DNA of 64,000 nucleotides, from the NCBI GenBank assembly GCA_965116865.1, contig OZ220727.1, positions 3,038,307-3,102,306 on the forward strand, given 5' to 3'. This DNA is from Acidimicrobiales bacterium. GTDB lineage: Bacteria; Actinomycetota; Acidimicrobiia; Acidimicrobiales; Aldehydirespiratoraceae. Below are positions 40,590 through 50,623 of the stretch, one piece after another. Below the pieces are notes generated by a model. The model searched no databases and was not told the origin of the DNA. It was given only the letters and a program-made list of their open reading frames with translations. The translations under genes were made by a program, and so were the position numbers. The number at the start of each line of letters is the position of its first letter. The first letter of the stretch is position 1.

Positions 40590-42812
40590 ATGGCGGAGTC
40601 GGCGATTCTGGAGGGCTTGAACCCGGCCCAGCACGAGGCGGTCACCCATGCCGGCGGACCGCTTCTAGTGGTGGCCGGAGCGGGGTCGGGCAAGACCCGC
40701 GTGCTGACCCGTCGCATCGCCCATCTGATCGAGGATCACGGCCTGTTGCCGTTCGAGATCCTGGCCATCACCTTCACCAACAAGGCCGCCGGCGAGATGC
40801 GCGACCGCGTCGGCGCCCTCGTGGGGCCGGTGGCGGAGAGCATGTGGGTGTCGACGTTCCATGCGGCCTGCGTGCGCATCCTGCGCCGCGACGCCGCCTG
40901 CATCGACTACCCGAGCCGCTTCACCATCTACGACCAAGGCGACGCGGTGCGCCTGTGCGGCTACGTGCTGCAAGACCTGAACCTCGACCATAAGCGGTTC
41001 CCGCCCCGGGCGGTCCACGCCACCATCTCCGCGGCCAAGAACGACAGCATCGGCGCCGAGCAGTACGCCGAGCAGGCCTCCAACGTCTACCAGCGGCGCA
41101 TCGCCGAGGTGTTCGACCACTACCAGCGCCGCCTGGCCGTCGCGGCGGCCATGGACTTCGACGATCTGCTGTTGCGCACCGTCGAGCTGTTCCGCAACTG
41201 CCCGGAGGTGCTGGAACGCTGGCGGCAGCGGTTCGCCCACGTGCTTGTGGACGAGTACCAGGACACCAACCCGGTGCAGAACGAGCTAGTGATCAGACTG
41301 GGCGCCGAGAGCCGCCAAGTGACCGCGGTGGGCGACGCCGACCAGTCGATCTACGCCTTCCGGGGCGCCGACATCCGCAACATCCTCGAGTTCGAGCGGG
41401 CCTTCGACGATGTCCGCATCGTGGTTCTGGAGCAGAACTACCGCAGCACCCAGAACATCCTCGACGCCGCCAACTCGGTGATCGTCAACAACGCCGGCCG
41501 CAAGCCCAAGGACCTGTGGACCGACCAGGGATCGGGTCCGGCCATTGTCCGCTACCACGCCGACGACGAAGAGGACGAGGCCCGCTACGTGGTCAGCGAG
41601 ATCGTGCGCCGCTGCGACGCCGAGCAGGCGCGCTTCGACGAGACGGCCGTCTTCTACCGCACCAACGCCCAGTCGCGGGCAGTCGAGGAGCAGCTCATCA
41701 AGGCCGAGGTCCCCTACCGGCTGGTGGGCGGCACCCGCTTCTACGACCGCCGCGAGGTGCGCGACGCCATGGCCTACCTCAAGACGGTCGCCAACCCCGG
41801 CGACGAGGTGAGCGTGAAACGGGCGCTGGGCGTGCCCAAGCGGGGTGTGGGCGCTGCCTCGGTGGCCAAGATCGACGCCTACGCCGCGGAGCGCGGGCTC
41901 ACCTTCTACGAGGCGCTCCGCCACTGCGCCGAGGCCGGCGTCACTGGACGCTCGGCGGCAGGCATCCGGCAGTTCTCCACGCTGATCGACGGCGCCGTCG
42001 GCCTGGAGGCGTCGCCGGCCGCGGTTCTGCAGGAGCTGCTGGAGCGCTCCGGGTACCTGGACGAGCTGCGCTCAGAGAAGTCGGTCGAGGCTGACGGTCG
42101 CCTGGAGAATCTGGCGGAGCTGGCGGGGGTGGCCGGCGAGCACGACACCCTCGACGAGCTGCTGGAGGCGGTGGCGCTGGTGGCTGACACCGACGAACTG
42201 GCCGACGCCGGCGCCGACGAGTCCGCGGTCACGCTCATGACCCTGCACGCAGCCAAGGGCCTCGAGTACCCCGACGTGTACATGATCGGGATGGAGGACG
42301 GCGTGTTCCCCCACATACGGGCCCTGGGCGAGCCTCGCGAACTGGAGGAGGAGCGCCGCCTCGCCTACGTCGGCATCACCCGGGCCATGCGCCGGCTCAC
42401 CCTGACCCACGCTTGGAGCCGGCTGCTGTACGGCAGCCGGCAGTACAACCCGCCGAGCCGGTTCCTCAAGGAGATCCCCGACGAACTGCTGCACACCGTC
42501 GACGGGTCCCGTGTGGTGCGCAGCCGCCACTTCAGCCGCACCCGGCATGAGCGCAGCCTCGACCGGCGGTCGGCTGACCGCGACGAGATCGTCGAGCGGG
42601 CCGTCGAGGCAGGCCGCCGGCCGCAGCCCTCCCGGTCGGGCGCCGACCGCCTCGGGCTTCGGGTAGGCGACGACGTGCGCCACGCCAAGTGGGGCGAGGG
42701 CGTGGTCCTGGACATCAAGGGAGCGGGGGACGAAGCGCAGGCGTCGGTGCGGTTCCCCGCCGTGGGCGAGAAGCAGTTGCTGCTGTCGTGGGCCCCTCTC
42801 GAGAGGATCTGA
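40590..42812 (+). CDS. pcrA: ATP-dependent DNA helicase PcrA/UvrD family
   Basis: ATG at 40590 (MAESAILEGLNPAQHEAV). Motif I AGAGSGKT, motif II VDEYQDTN, QNYRST, C-terminal ...HAKWGEGVV. The ORF track starts 10 codons earlier. Confidence 0.9.
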   Translation: MAESAILEGLNPAQHEAVTHAGGPLLVVAGAGSGKTRVLTRRIAHLIEDHGLLPFEILAITFTNKAAGEMRDRVGALVGPVAESMWVSTFHAACVRILRRDAACIDYPSRFTIYDQGDAVRLCGYVLQDLNLDHKRFPPRAVHATISAAKNDSIGAEQYAEQASNVYQRRIAEVFDHYQRRLAVAAAMDFDDLLLRTVELFRNCPEVLERWRQRFAHVLVDEYQDTNPVQNELVIRLGAESRQVTAVGDADQSIYAFRGADIRNILEFERAFDDVRIVVLEQNYRSTQNILDAANSVIVNNAGRKPKDLWTDQGSGPAIVRYHADDEEDEARYVVSEIVRRCDAEQARFDETAVFYRTNAQSRAVEEQLIKAEVPYRLVGGTRFYDRREVRDAMAYLKTVANPGDEVSVKRALGVPKRGVGAASVAKIDAYAAERGLTFYEALRHCAEAGVTGRSAAGIRQFSTLIDGAVGLEASPAAVLQELLERSGYLDELRSEKSVEADGRLENLAELAGVAGEHDTLDELLEAVALVADTDELADAGADESAVTLMTLHAAKGLEYPDVYMIGMEDGVFPHIRALGEPRELEEERRLAYVGITRAMRRLTLTHAWSRLLYGSRQYNPPSRFLKEIPDELLHTVDGSRVVRSRHFSRTRHERSLDRRSADRDEIVERAVEAGRRPQPSRSGADRLGLRVGDDVRHAKWGEGVVLDIKGAGDEAQASVRFPAVGEKQLLLSWAPLERI

Positions 42813-42900
42813 CGGCCCACACACAGAATCGATGCGGATTGTGGCCGTATCGGGGCGTCTCTGGCATCAATCCCGGCGGGTTCCGGCGGCTGGCAGCGGT

Positions 42901-43629
42901 TCAGGCGTCGTGGAGTGCGATGCGGAGGCGCTTGTTGGCTCTGCCCTTCGACTCGGTCTTCACCACCTCGAAGCGGCCCACCTCGCCGGTGGACGGCAGG
43001 TGGGTGCCTCCGTCGGCTTGCTTGTCCAGCCCGACGATGTCGACCACCCGGATCTCGGTCACCGACTCCGGTATGAGGTTGACCTTGGTGCGGATCAGGT
43101 CCTCGTCGGCCAGCGCCTCGGCCCGGGGCAGGAACGAGATCTCGATGGGACGGTCGGCGGCGATCTCGGCATTGACCAGCTCGGTGACCTGGGCCGCGAA
43201 CCCCTCAGGCAGAGGATCGAACTCGAAGTCCATGCGAGCCGACAGCGGGGCCATGTTGCCGCCCGTGACCGGCACGCCCCAAGTGTTGTAGATCACCCCG
43301 CACAGGATGTGCAGCGCGGTGTGGGTGCGCATCAGGGCGTGGCGGCGCTCCCAGTCGAGCTCCCCGCGCACCGGCGTGCCCACCGGCGGGACCGGGCCGT
43401 CGAGGGTGTGCCACACCGCATCGTGGCCCCTCACGTCGGTCACCGCCGCCGTGCCGTCGAGGAAGCTCAGCGTGCCGGTGTCGTGGGGCTGGCCGCCGCT
43501 GGTGGCGTAGAACGCGGTGGCGTCGAGGGCCACCCGACCGTCGCAGGCGACCGCTGCGACGGTCGCGTCGAAGGCCCGGCACTGGGCGTCACGCAGGAAT
43601 ATGCGGTCGGTGGGGGTCACGTCAGCCAT
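42901..43629 (-). CDS. Alanyl-tRNA editing protein AlaX-type (Thr/Ala-tRNA synthetase second additional domain)
   Basis: 242 aa. HxxxH zinc motif (HTALHILCG) and ...ADGGTH. GGAGGA lies 5 nt before the ATG. Confidence 0.8.
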   Translation of the reverse strand: MADVTPTDRIFLRDAQCRAFDATVAAVACDGRVALDATAFYATSGGQPHDTGTLSFLDGTAAVTDVRGHDAVWHTLDGPVPPVGTPVRGELDWERRHALMRTHTALHILCGVIYNTWGVPVTGGNMAPLSARMDFEFDPLPEGFAAQVTELVNAEIAADRPIEISFLPRAEALADEDLIRTKVNLIPESVTEIRVVDIVGLDKQADGGTHLPSTGEVGRFEVVKTESKGRANKRLRIALHDA

Positions 43630-43674
43630 TCGGTCCTCCAGTGTGCCGAGTCATCTCGGGTTGGTTCGGTTGGT

Positions 43675-44142
43675 TCATCGCGGGTTGATGTCGACTCGGA
43701 CGTCGCCGTTGACGATGGTCACATCGAAGCGGCGCAGGTCGCCGCCGGCCGCGTCCACGACGTCGGCGGTGTCGCAAGTGTTCACGAACTCAGCCTGCTG
43801 GGCCTGCCACTCGAAGAAGCAGTCCCGGCTCTGGCCCGGCCGGCGGGCCTCGAAGGCCAGCCATCCCGACTCAGGATCGTTCCCTATGTGCTGCAGGATG
43901 ATGTCGAGCTCGCCGTCGGCCACGTCGCCGAACAGGATCGGACCCCGATCGGCGATCTCGGCGCTTATCCTGCCTGTCTCCATGTCGCGGAAGTCGCGGT
44001 CGCCGAGGCGGACCTCCACGTCGCCGCCGCCCCGGCTCAGCAGAAGCACCCCCAAGACCAGGCCGAGCGCGACCGCCACGACCGCCAGGCCCACCACGAC
44101 GACGGAGCGCAGGTCCGGCCGGGATCGGCGGGCTACGGGCAT
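43675..44142 (-). CDS. Hypothetical membrane-anchored protein (155 aa)
   Basis: ATG at 44142. Arg-rich N-terminus plus one hydrophobic helix (VVVVGLAVVAVALGLVLGVLLL), then an acidic soluble domain. No family recognised. The longer ORF-track entry (311 aa) is rejected as GC-driven read-through. Confidence 0.55.
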   Translation of the reverse strand: MPVARRSRPDLRSVVVVGLAVVAVALGLVLGVLLLSRGGGDVEVRLGDRDFRDMETGRISAEIADRGPILFGDVADGELDIILQHIGNDPESGWLAFEARRPGQSRDCFFEWQAQQAEFVNTCDTADVVDAAGGDLRRFDVTIVNGDVRVDINPR

Positions 44143-44303
44143 CGCGGCCCAGCCCCCCGGTTCAGCGCGACGGCGCGCGGCGCTGCCGTCCGCGGGCTTG
44201 CAGCCGGCCATCCGAGATCTCCGCGCGTCGGGTTCGGGGCGGCGGTGAGCGGCGCTGCCGTCGAGGATCGCGTGGCGGGCATCGCGGCCTAGTATCGCCG
44301 CTC

Positions 44304-45463
44304 GTGGATCTGTTCGAGCACCAAGGCAAGGAGCTGTTCGCCCGGTATGGACTGCCTGTGCCGGCGGGCGAGGTGGCGTTCTCGCCCGACGAGGCAGTGG
44401 CCGCGGCGTCCAGGCTCGGGCTGCCGGTGGTGGTGAAGGCCCAGGTCCACACCGGAGGACGGGGCAAGGCCGGAGGCGTGAAGCTCGCCGCCGACATCGA
44501 CGCCGTGCGCGGCCATGCCGCCGCCATCCTGGGCCTCGACATCTCGGGCCACGCAGTGCGCCGCCTGTGGATCGAGCGGGCGTCCGACATCGCCGAGGAG
44601 TACTACGCAAGCTTCACTCTCGACCGCTCCGCCCGCAAGTACCTGGGGATGCTGTCAGCCGAGGGCGGCGTGGACATCGAGACGGTCGCCGCTCGCGACC
44701 CCGGCGCCATCGCATGCATCCACATCGATCCGGTGGACGGCCTGACGCAGCAGGCGTGCCGCCAGTGGGTGGCGGACGCCCGCATCGGCGAGACGGTGGC
44801 CGACGAGGTGGCCGGCGTGCTGGTGACCCTGTACGGCGTCTACGTGGACGCCGACGCCGACCTGGTCGAGGTCAACCCCCTCATCGTGACCTCCGGAGGC
44901 GAGGTGGTGCTGCTCGACTCCAAGGTCACCCTGGACGCCAACAGCACTTTCCGCCACGACGACTACGACCAGTACGACGCCACCCAGCCCCGCGACGAGC
45001 GCGAGCAGGCCGCCCACGCCGAGCGGCTGCAGTACGTGGGCCTGGACGGCTCGGTCGGGGTGATCGCCAACGGCGCCGGCCTGGCCATGAGCACCGTCGA
45101 CGTCGTGAACCAGGTGGGGGGCCGGCCGGCCAACTTCCTCGACATCGGCGGCGGCGCCAACGCAGAGGTCATGGCGGGCGCGCTGGAGGTGATCAACAAC
45201 GATCCTGCGGTGAGGGCCATCCTGATCAACATCTTCGGGGGCATCACCCGTGGCGAGGAGATCGCCAACGGCATCATTGAGGCCACCCGCCGGGTGGGCA
45301 TCGACTCGCCCATCGTGATCCGTCTCGACGGCACCAACGCCGCGGAGGGCCGCGAACTGCTGGAGCCCTGCCTGAGCGACGCCCTGATGGTGGAGCCCAC
45401 CATGCTGGACGCCGCCCGCCGGGCGGTGGAGTTGGCCGGTGCCGGCGACGGACGGGAGAGGCC

Positions 45464-45467
<4 letters not shown>
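44304..45467 (+). CDS. sucC: Succinyl-CoA synthetase beta subunit
   Basis: GTG start. MDLFEHQGKELFARYGLPVP, ATP-grasp region VVKAQVHTGGRGKAGGVK, ...NIFGGITRGEEIA. ATGA overlap with sucD. Confidence 0.93.
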
Positions 45468-46348
<881 letters not shown>

Positions 46349-46447
46349 GGGCGCTCAGCGGCCGTCGGCTGCTCCGGCAGCCACCGATCCTCGATTGGGG
46401 AGTCGACGGCGATGGCGCGGTCAGCATAGGGACACAGAGGATCATCA

Positions 46448-46500
46448 TTGATTTGTTTCATGATTGATTTGTTTCATGATTGTCTAATATAAATAAGTAT
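46448..46500 (+). promoter_or_regulatory. AT-rich island with 16-bp direct repeat upstream of purH (candidate promoter/operator)
   Basis: TTGATTTGTTTCATGA x2, then TTGTCTAATATAAATAAGTATAG. The only strongly AT-rich stretch in this part of the window, about 75 nt upstream of the purH ATG. Hexamer assignment is ambiguous. Confidence 0.35.
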
Positions 46501-46571
46501 AGAACAGCAGACGATGGCGGCCGCGTGACAGTAGCCTCCCTTGCAATGTCTGGCCGATAGGCTCCATACTG

Positions 46572-48110
46572 ATGGAAACGACACCTAGAGCGCTGCTGTC
46601 GACCTTCAACAAGAGGGACGTGGTCGAACTGGCGGCGGGGCTGGTGGAGTTGGGCTGGGAGTTGATCGCCAGCGCGGGAACAGCCCGGGTGGTCGCTGCC
46701 GCGGGGCTGCCGGTGGTGGACGTGGCCGACTACACGGGCTCGCCGACGATGCTGGGGCACCGGGTGGTGACCCTGCATCCCCGCATCCACGGCGGGATCC
46801 TGGCCGACCTGCACGACCCTGCCCATCGGGTCGATCTGGAGGCCAACGGCATAGGGGCGATCGGTCTCGTGGTGGTGAACCTGTACCCGTTCGAGGCGTC
46901 CCCCGGCATCTCCACGATCGACATAGGCGGCCCGACGATGGTGCGGGCCGCGGCCAAGAACCATGCCCAAGTGGGCGTGGTGGTGGATCCTGATGACTAC
47001 CCGGCCGTTCTGGGGGAACTCCGCTCGGACGGGCGGCTGTTGGCAGCCACCCGCCGCCGGATGGCCGCCAAGGCGTTCGCCCACACCGCGGCCTACGAGG
47101 CGGCCATCGCCGACTGGTTCGCCGCCGGGGACGGGCCGGATGAGCCTGGCCTGCCCGCGTCGCTCCGTTTGGAGCTCGAGCGAGTCGAGATCTTGCGCTA
47201 CGGCGAGAACCCCCACCAGCAGGGCGCTCGCTACCGGTCCCGAGGCCGGTCCGGGTTCTTCGACGGAGTGGTCCAGCACGGCGGACCGGCGTTGAGCTAC
47301 CTGAACCTGGTGGACGCCGAGGTGGCCTGGCGCTTGGCCCATGATCTGGGGGATCGGCTGGCTGCGGTGATCGTCAAGCACGCCAACCCTTGCGGCGCAG
47401 CCGTCGCCGACGAACTGGCCACCGCCTACGCCCGAGCCTTCGATTGCGACCGGCGCAGCGCCTTCGGCGGCGTCGTTGCCACCAGCACGGTGATCGACGA
47501 GGCCACGGCCGAGGCCATGGTCGCCGCAGCCCAGGCCGATCTGGTGATCGCGCCCGGCTTCGCTGAGGGCGTCATTGAGCGCTTGTCCGCTCGTCGCTCC
47601 AACACCCGCCTGCTGGAAGCTCCCACCGAGCCGGGCCGGCCCGCCGGCTTGGAGGTGCGCACCCTCGGCGGCCTGACCGACGAGTTCATGGTGCAGACGC
47701 CCGGGCGGCTCGCGTCCGATCCCGCTGGCTGGCGGGTGGCAACCGTCCGGGAGCCGACCGCCGACGAGATGGCCGACGCAGTGTTCGCGTGGCGCGTGTG
47801 TGCCCACACCAGCTCCAACGCCATCGTGCTGGCCAAGGACGGCACGGCCTGGGGCCTAGGCGCGGGCCAGCAGAACCGGGTGCAGGCCGGCGAGATCGCC
47901 GCGGCCAAGGCCGCGGGCCGGGCCGCGGGCGGCGCCTGCGCCAGCGACGGCTTCTACCCGTTTCCCGACGGCATCCACGCCGCAGCCGACGCCGGCGTAG
48001 CGGTCGTCGTCCAGCCCGGCGGCTCAGTCAACGATGCCGCGGTCATTGCCGCCGCCGACGAGCGCTGCATCTCGATGCTCTTCACCGGAGAGCGCCAGTT
48101 CCGCCACTGA
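46572..48110 (+). CDS. purH: Bifunctional AICAR transformylase / IMP cyclohydrolase
   Basis: 512 aa. RALLSTFNKRDVVELA, VVTLHPRIHGGIL, VVNLYPFE, KHANPCGAA, C-terminal FTGERQFRH. Confidence 0.93.
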   Translation: METTPRALLSTFNKRDVVELAAGLVELGWELIASAGTARVVAAAGLPVVDVADYTGSPTMLGHRVVTLHPRIHGGILADLHDPAHRVDLEANGIGAIGLVVVNLYPFEASPGISTIDIGGPTMVRAAAKNHAQVGVVVDPDDYPAVLGELRSDGRLLAATRRRMAAKAFAHTAAYEAAIADWFAAGDGPDEPGLPASLRLELERVEILRYGENPHQQGARYRSRGRSGFFDGVVQHGGPALSYLNLVDAEVAWRLAHDLGDRLAAVIVKHANPCGAAVADELATAYARAFDCDRRSAFGGVVATSTVIDEATAEAMVAAAQADLVIAPGFAEGVIERLSARRSNTRLLEAPTEPGRPAGLEVRTLGGLTDEFMVQTPGRLASDPAGWRVATVREPTADEMADAVFAWRVCAHTSSNAIVLAKDGTAWGLGAGQQNRVQAGEIAAAKAAGRAAGGACASDGFYPFPDGIHAAADAGVAVVVQPGGSVNDAAVIAAADERCISMLFTGERQFRH

Positions 48111-48364
48111 CCCGTGCGTTGCGTCTGATTCCGAGCGTCGGGATCCGCCGGGACTCAGTCGAGGAGACGAGCACCCAGGTGGCGGTCATCTTCGAGCGAG
48201 GGCTCGCCGTCCCCGGCGTGCCCACCACCAGCGTGTCGCCCGCCATCGCCGCAACACCACAGACCGTCCCGAGGAGAGGACCGTCGCTGAGGCGGCGCGT
48301 CGGCACCGGCTCATCTGGCATGTGGTGACGGCGCTGGTGTGGTAGAACAGGCCGAGTTGTCTCG

Positions 48365-49375
48365 CTAACCTCGGCGGCGGGTGTAACGGCGGGTATGATG
48401 GCGGGTGTGACGGCGGGCCAGCCGGTCCTCGGTGCCCGGCGAGGCTGATGGTGGCGCGGACTCGATGTCGGGGGGCGGCTCGTCGCCTCGCAGCACCGCG
48501 GCGATCTTGGCGGTGTGGGTCGGGGTGCTGCCGCAGCAGCTGCCGATGACGGCCACGCCCGCTGCTCGGACGCGGTGGGCGTGGGCGGCCAGCACCTCGG
48601 GCGTTCCGTCGTAGACCAGCGCGTCGCCGCTCCACACCGGCACGCCCGCGTTGGGCTTGGAGACCACCGGCGTGGAGGCCGACGACGCCGCCGCGATCAC
48701 GGCCGCCTCGGTGTCGGCCACATTGTTGCCGCAGTTGGCTCCCACCGCTGCCAGGCCCAGCCCGTCGAGCCGTTCGGCCAGGTCAGCGCCGGTGACGCCC
48801 ATCATGGTGCGCCCGGCCGTGTCGAAGCTCATGGTGGCAGCCACGTCGAGGTCGCAGGCCGAGCGGGCGCCCCGCACCGCGGCCTCCACCTCGTCGAGGT
48901 CGCTCATCGTCTCGATCCACAGCATGTCGGCGCCGCCTGCGGCCAGCCCCTCGGCCTGCTCGGCGAAGGCGGCCTCGCACTCCGCGGCCGACATGTTGCC
49001 CATGGGCTCCAGAAGCTCGCCGGTCGGGCCCATCGAACCGGCCACCAGCACCGAGCGGCCGGTCCGTTCAGCCTCGGCGTCGGCTTCGATGCGGGCGTTG
49101 CGGGCCGCGGCCGCATTCAACTCGACCCCCCTGTCGTCGAGGCCGTGCAAGGCCAGGCGGAACGAGGTTCCTCCGAAGCTGTTTGTGATCACCAGATCGG
49201 CCCCGGCCCGCAGGTACGCCCGGTGGATGGCCCGCACCTGCTCGGCGTGATGCAGGTTCCACGCCTCAGGGGGATCGCCGGCGCCGAGCCCGACCGCGAA
49301 GAGCTGGGTGCCCATGGCCCCGTCGGCCAAGACATGGCCGTTGGCCTTCAACAGCCCGGAGATGGACGCGGTCAT
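48365..49375 (-). CDS. Homocysteine S-methyltransferase domain protein (stand-alone MetH-N/MmuM/BHMT-like)
   Basis: ATG at 49375 with GGAG 4 nt upstream. DGAMGTQL, ITNSFGG, and the zinc-ligand contexts GANCG and GSCCGSTP. The C-terminal tail RRHTRHHTRRYTRRRG is encoded by a 12-bp tandem repeat (48376-48419). The 95-codon upstream extension in the ORF track is rejected. Confidence 0.8.
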   Translation of the reverse strand: MTASISGLLKANGHVLADGAMGTQLFAVGLGAGDPPEAWNLHHAEQVRAIHRAYLRAGADLVITNSFGGTSFRLALHGLDDRGVELNAAAARNARIEADAEAERTGRSVLVAGSMGPTGELLEPMGNMSAAECEAAFAEQAEGLAAGGADMLWIETMSDLDEVEAAVRGARSACDLDVAATMSFDTAGRTMMGVTGADLAERLDGLGLAAVGANCGNNVADTEAAVIAAASSASTPVVSKPNAGVPVWSGDALVYDGTPEVLAAHAHRVRAAGVAVIGSCCGSTPTHTAKIAAVLRGDEPPPDIESAPPSASPGTEDRLARRHTRHHTRRYTRRRG

Positions 49376-49460
49376 GGACTCCGGTCCGTCATGTCGCGGC
49401 ATCCCCTCGTCGTGCGCGGGCGACGAACAACCCGCAACTGTAACGGTAGCGCCCGAACCC

Positions 49461-49577
49461 GTCGGCATCAGCGGCTGCTGTGGCTTGCAGCTCGTCACTG
49501 TCGGTCGGGGTCGGTCATGCGTCGGTCGGGGGCCGTCGGCATCAGCGGCTGCTGTGGCTTGCATCTCGTCACTGTCG
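49461..49577. repeat. 43-bp direct repeat x2 (period 74 bp) in the leader of the homocysteine methyltransferase gene
   Basis: gtcggcatcagcggctgctgtggcttgca(g/t)ctcgtcactgtcg at 49461-49503 and 49535-49577. Confidence 0.9.
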
Positions 49578-49668
49578 CGCAACACCGAGTCTCTGCACCG
49601 TCTCGGCTCCGCAACCGGCGTGTCCGGCACCGTCGGTTGCGGCGGCAGCGTGGAGCGCACCGCCCCTT

Positions 49669-49805
49669 GAGCGCGCGCGAATCGGTGAGAGTCCGTGGTG
49701 TCGCAGCGGTGTCGTTCCCGCTCTTGTTCGCTGCGACCTGAGGGCCGTTCGGGCCACGGCCTCGCCTGTATGGGCCGCGTCGCTCCCGCCTGTTCGCTCG
49801 GCCTC
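49669..49805 (+). mobile_element. MITE-like element, copy 3 (137 bp)
   Basis: GAGCGCGCGCGAATCGGTGAGAG ... CCGCCTGTTCGCTCGGCCTC. Near-identical by eye to copy 2. Flanks are CTT and TAT, so the duplication is degraded or absent. Its last base overlaps the TAG stop of the PuuD-like gene. Confidence 0.7.
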
Positions 49806-50515
49806 TATGCCGCTGAGGCCGCCTTCACCAGCCAGTCGAAGACAGGGTCGCGGTCGCGGGAGTCCATCATCTCGGGGTGCCACTGCACGCCGATCCACGG
49901 CAGGCGGCGGGATTCGATGACTTCTATGGCGCCGTCGTCGCTGACTCCGGTCACCTCATAGTCGTCGGCCAGTTCGTCGATGATCTGGTGGTGCAGCGAG
50001 TTGACCTCGATCGACGGGCCATAGAGCGAAGCGGCCAGCGACCCCTCGGTCAGGTCGACCCGATGGACGATCGAATCGGGGGGCAGGTCGTGGCGGGCAT
50101 GGGGCGGGATGTGCTGGTGCAGCGTGCCTCCGCCGTGCACGTTGAGAACCTGGAGTCCCCGGCAGATCCCGAGCACCGGCCTCTCGGTGCTCAGCGCTTC
50201 GTCGAGAAGGCTCAGCTCGAAGGAGTCGCGATCCGGCTCGCGCGTGTACAGCTCGGGGCACGGCTCCTGGCCGTAACGCTCCGGCTCGATGTCGGTTCCG
50301 CCGGTCAGCAGCAGCCCGTCGAGGCGGTCGGCGTATGCGGTGGGATCGGCGCTGCCGGGCAGGAAGACCGGCAGGCCTCCTGCGGCGGTCACCCCGAGGG
50401 CGTAGTTGCGGTAGAACACGTCGAGTCGCAACTCCCGGAACGCTTCGGGCTTCATGTTGAGTTCACCCGCCGTCTTGGTCCGACCGGTGATGCCGATGAG
50501 CGGATCGCTTGCCAC
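49805..50515 (-). CDS. Gamma-glutamyl-gamma-aminobutyrate hydrolase family protein (class I glutamine amidotransferase-like, peptidase C26)
   Basis: 236 aa. Nucleophile elbow GICRGLQ, LLLTGGTDIEP, SLHHQ, VQWHPE. Confidence 0.82.
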   Translation of the reverse strand: MASDPLIGITGRTKTAGELNMKPEAFRELRLDVFYRNYALGVTAAGGLPVFLPGSADPTAYADRLDGLLLTGGTDIEPERYGQEPCPELYTREPDRDSFELSLLDEALSTERPVLGICRGLQVLNVHGGGTLHQHIPPHARHDLPPDSIVHRVDLTEGSLAASLYGPSIEVNSLHHQIIDELADDYEVTGVSDDGAIEVIESRRLPWIGVQWHPEMMDSRDRDPVFDWLVKAASAA

Positions 50516-50623
50516 GGGCGAGAGTGTATGTTCCGACCGTGTTCAACCCATCGTCGCGCCGCTCGGCAGCGAGGATGGTCGCCTCGGGCTACGATTCGCC
50601 GGGCGGCTCGTCACGGAGGAACG

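Noticed and set aside
48111-48364. 79-aa minus ORF with ...GVAAMAGDTLVVGTPG..., faintly reminiscent of an FG-GAP repeat
   Set aside because: It is a single short motif with no start context, located in a convergent intergenic region. The evidence is too weak to call even as a pseudogene.
49376-49660. 95-codon N-terminal extension of the homocysteine methyltransferase ORF, and the alternative ATG at 49402
   Set aside because: The extension covers the duplicated leader and is low-complexity. The ATG at 49375 has a properly spaced GGAG, and the conserved domain starts right after it.
49877-50623. 249-codon extension of the 601-aa plus ORF
   Set aside because: It is antisense to the well-supported PuuD-like gene. 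A strong RBS and ATG occur at 50624.
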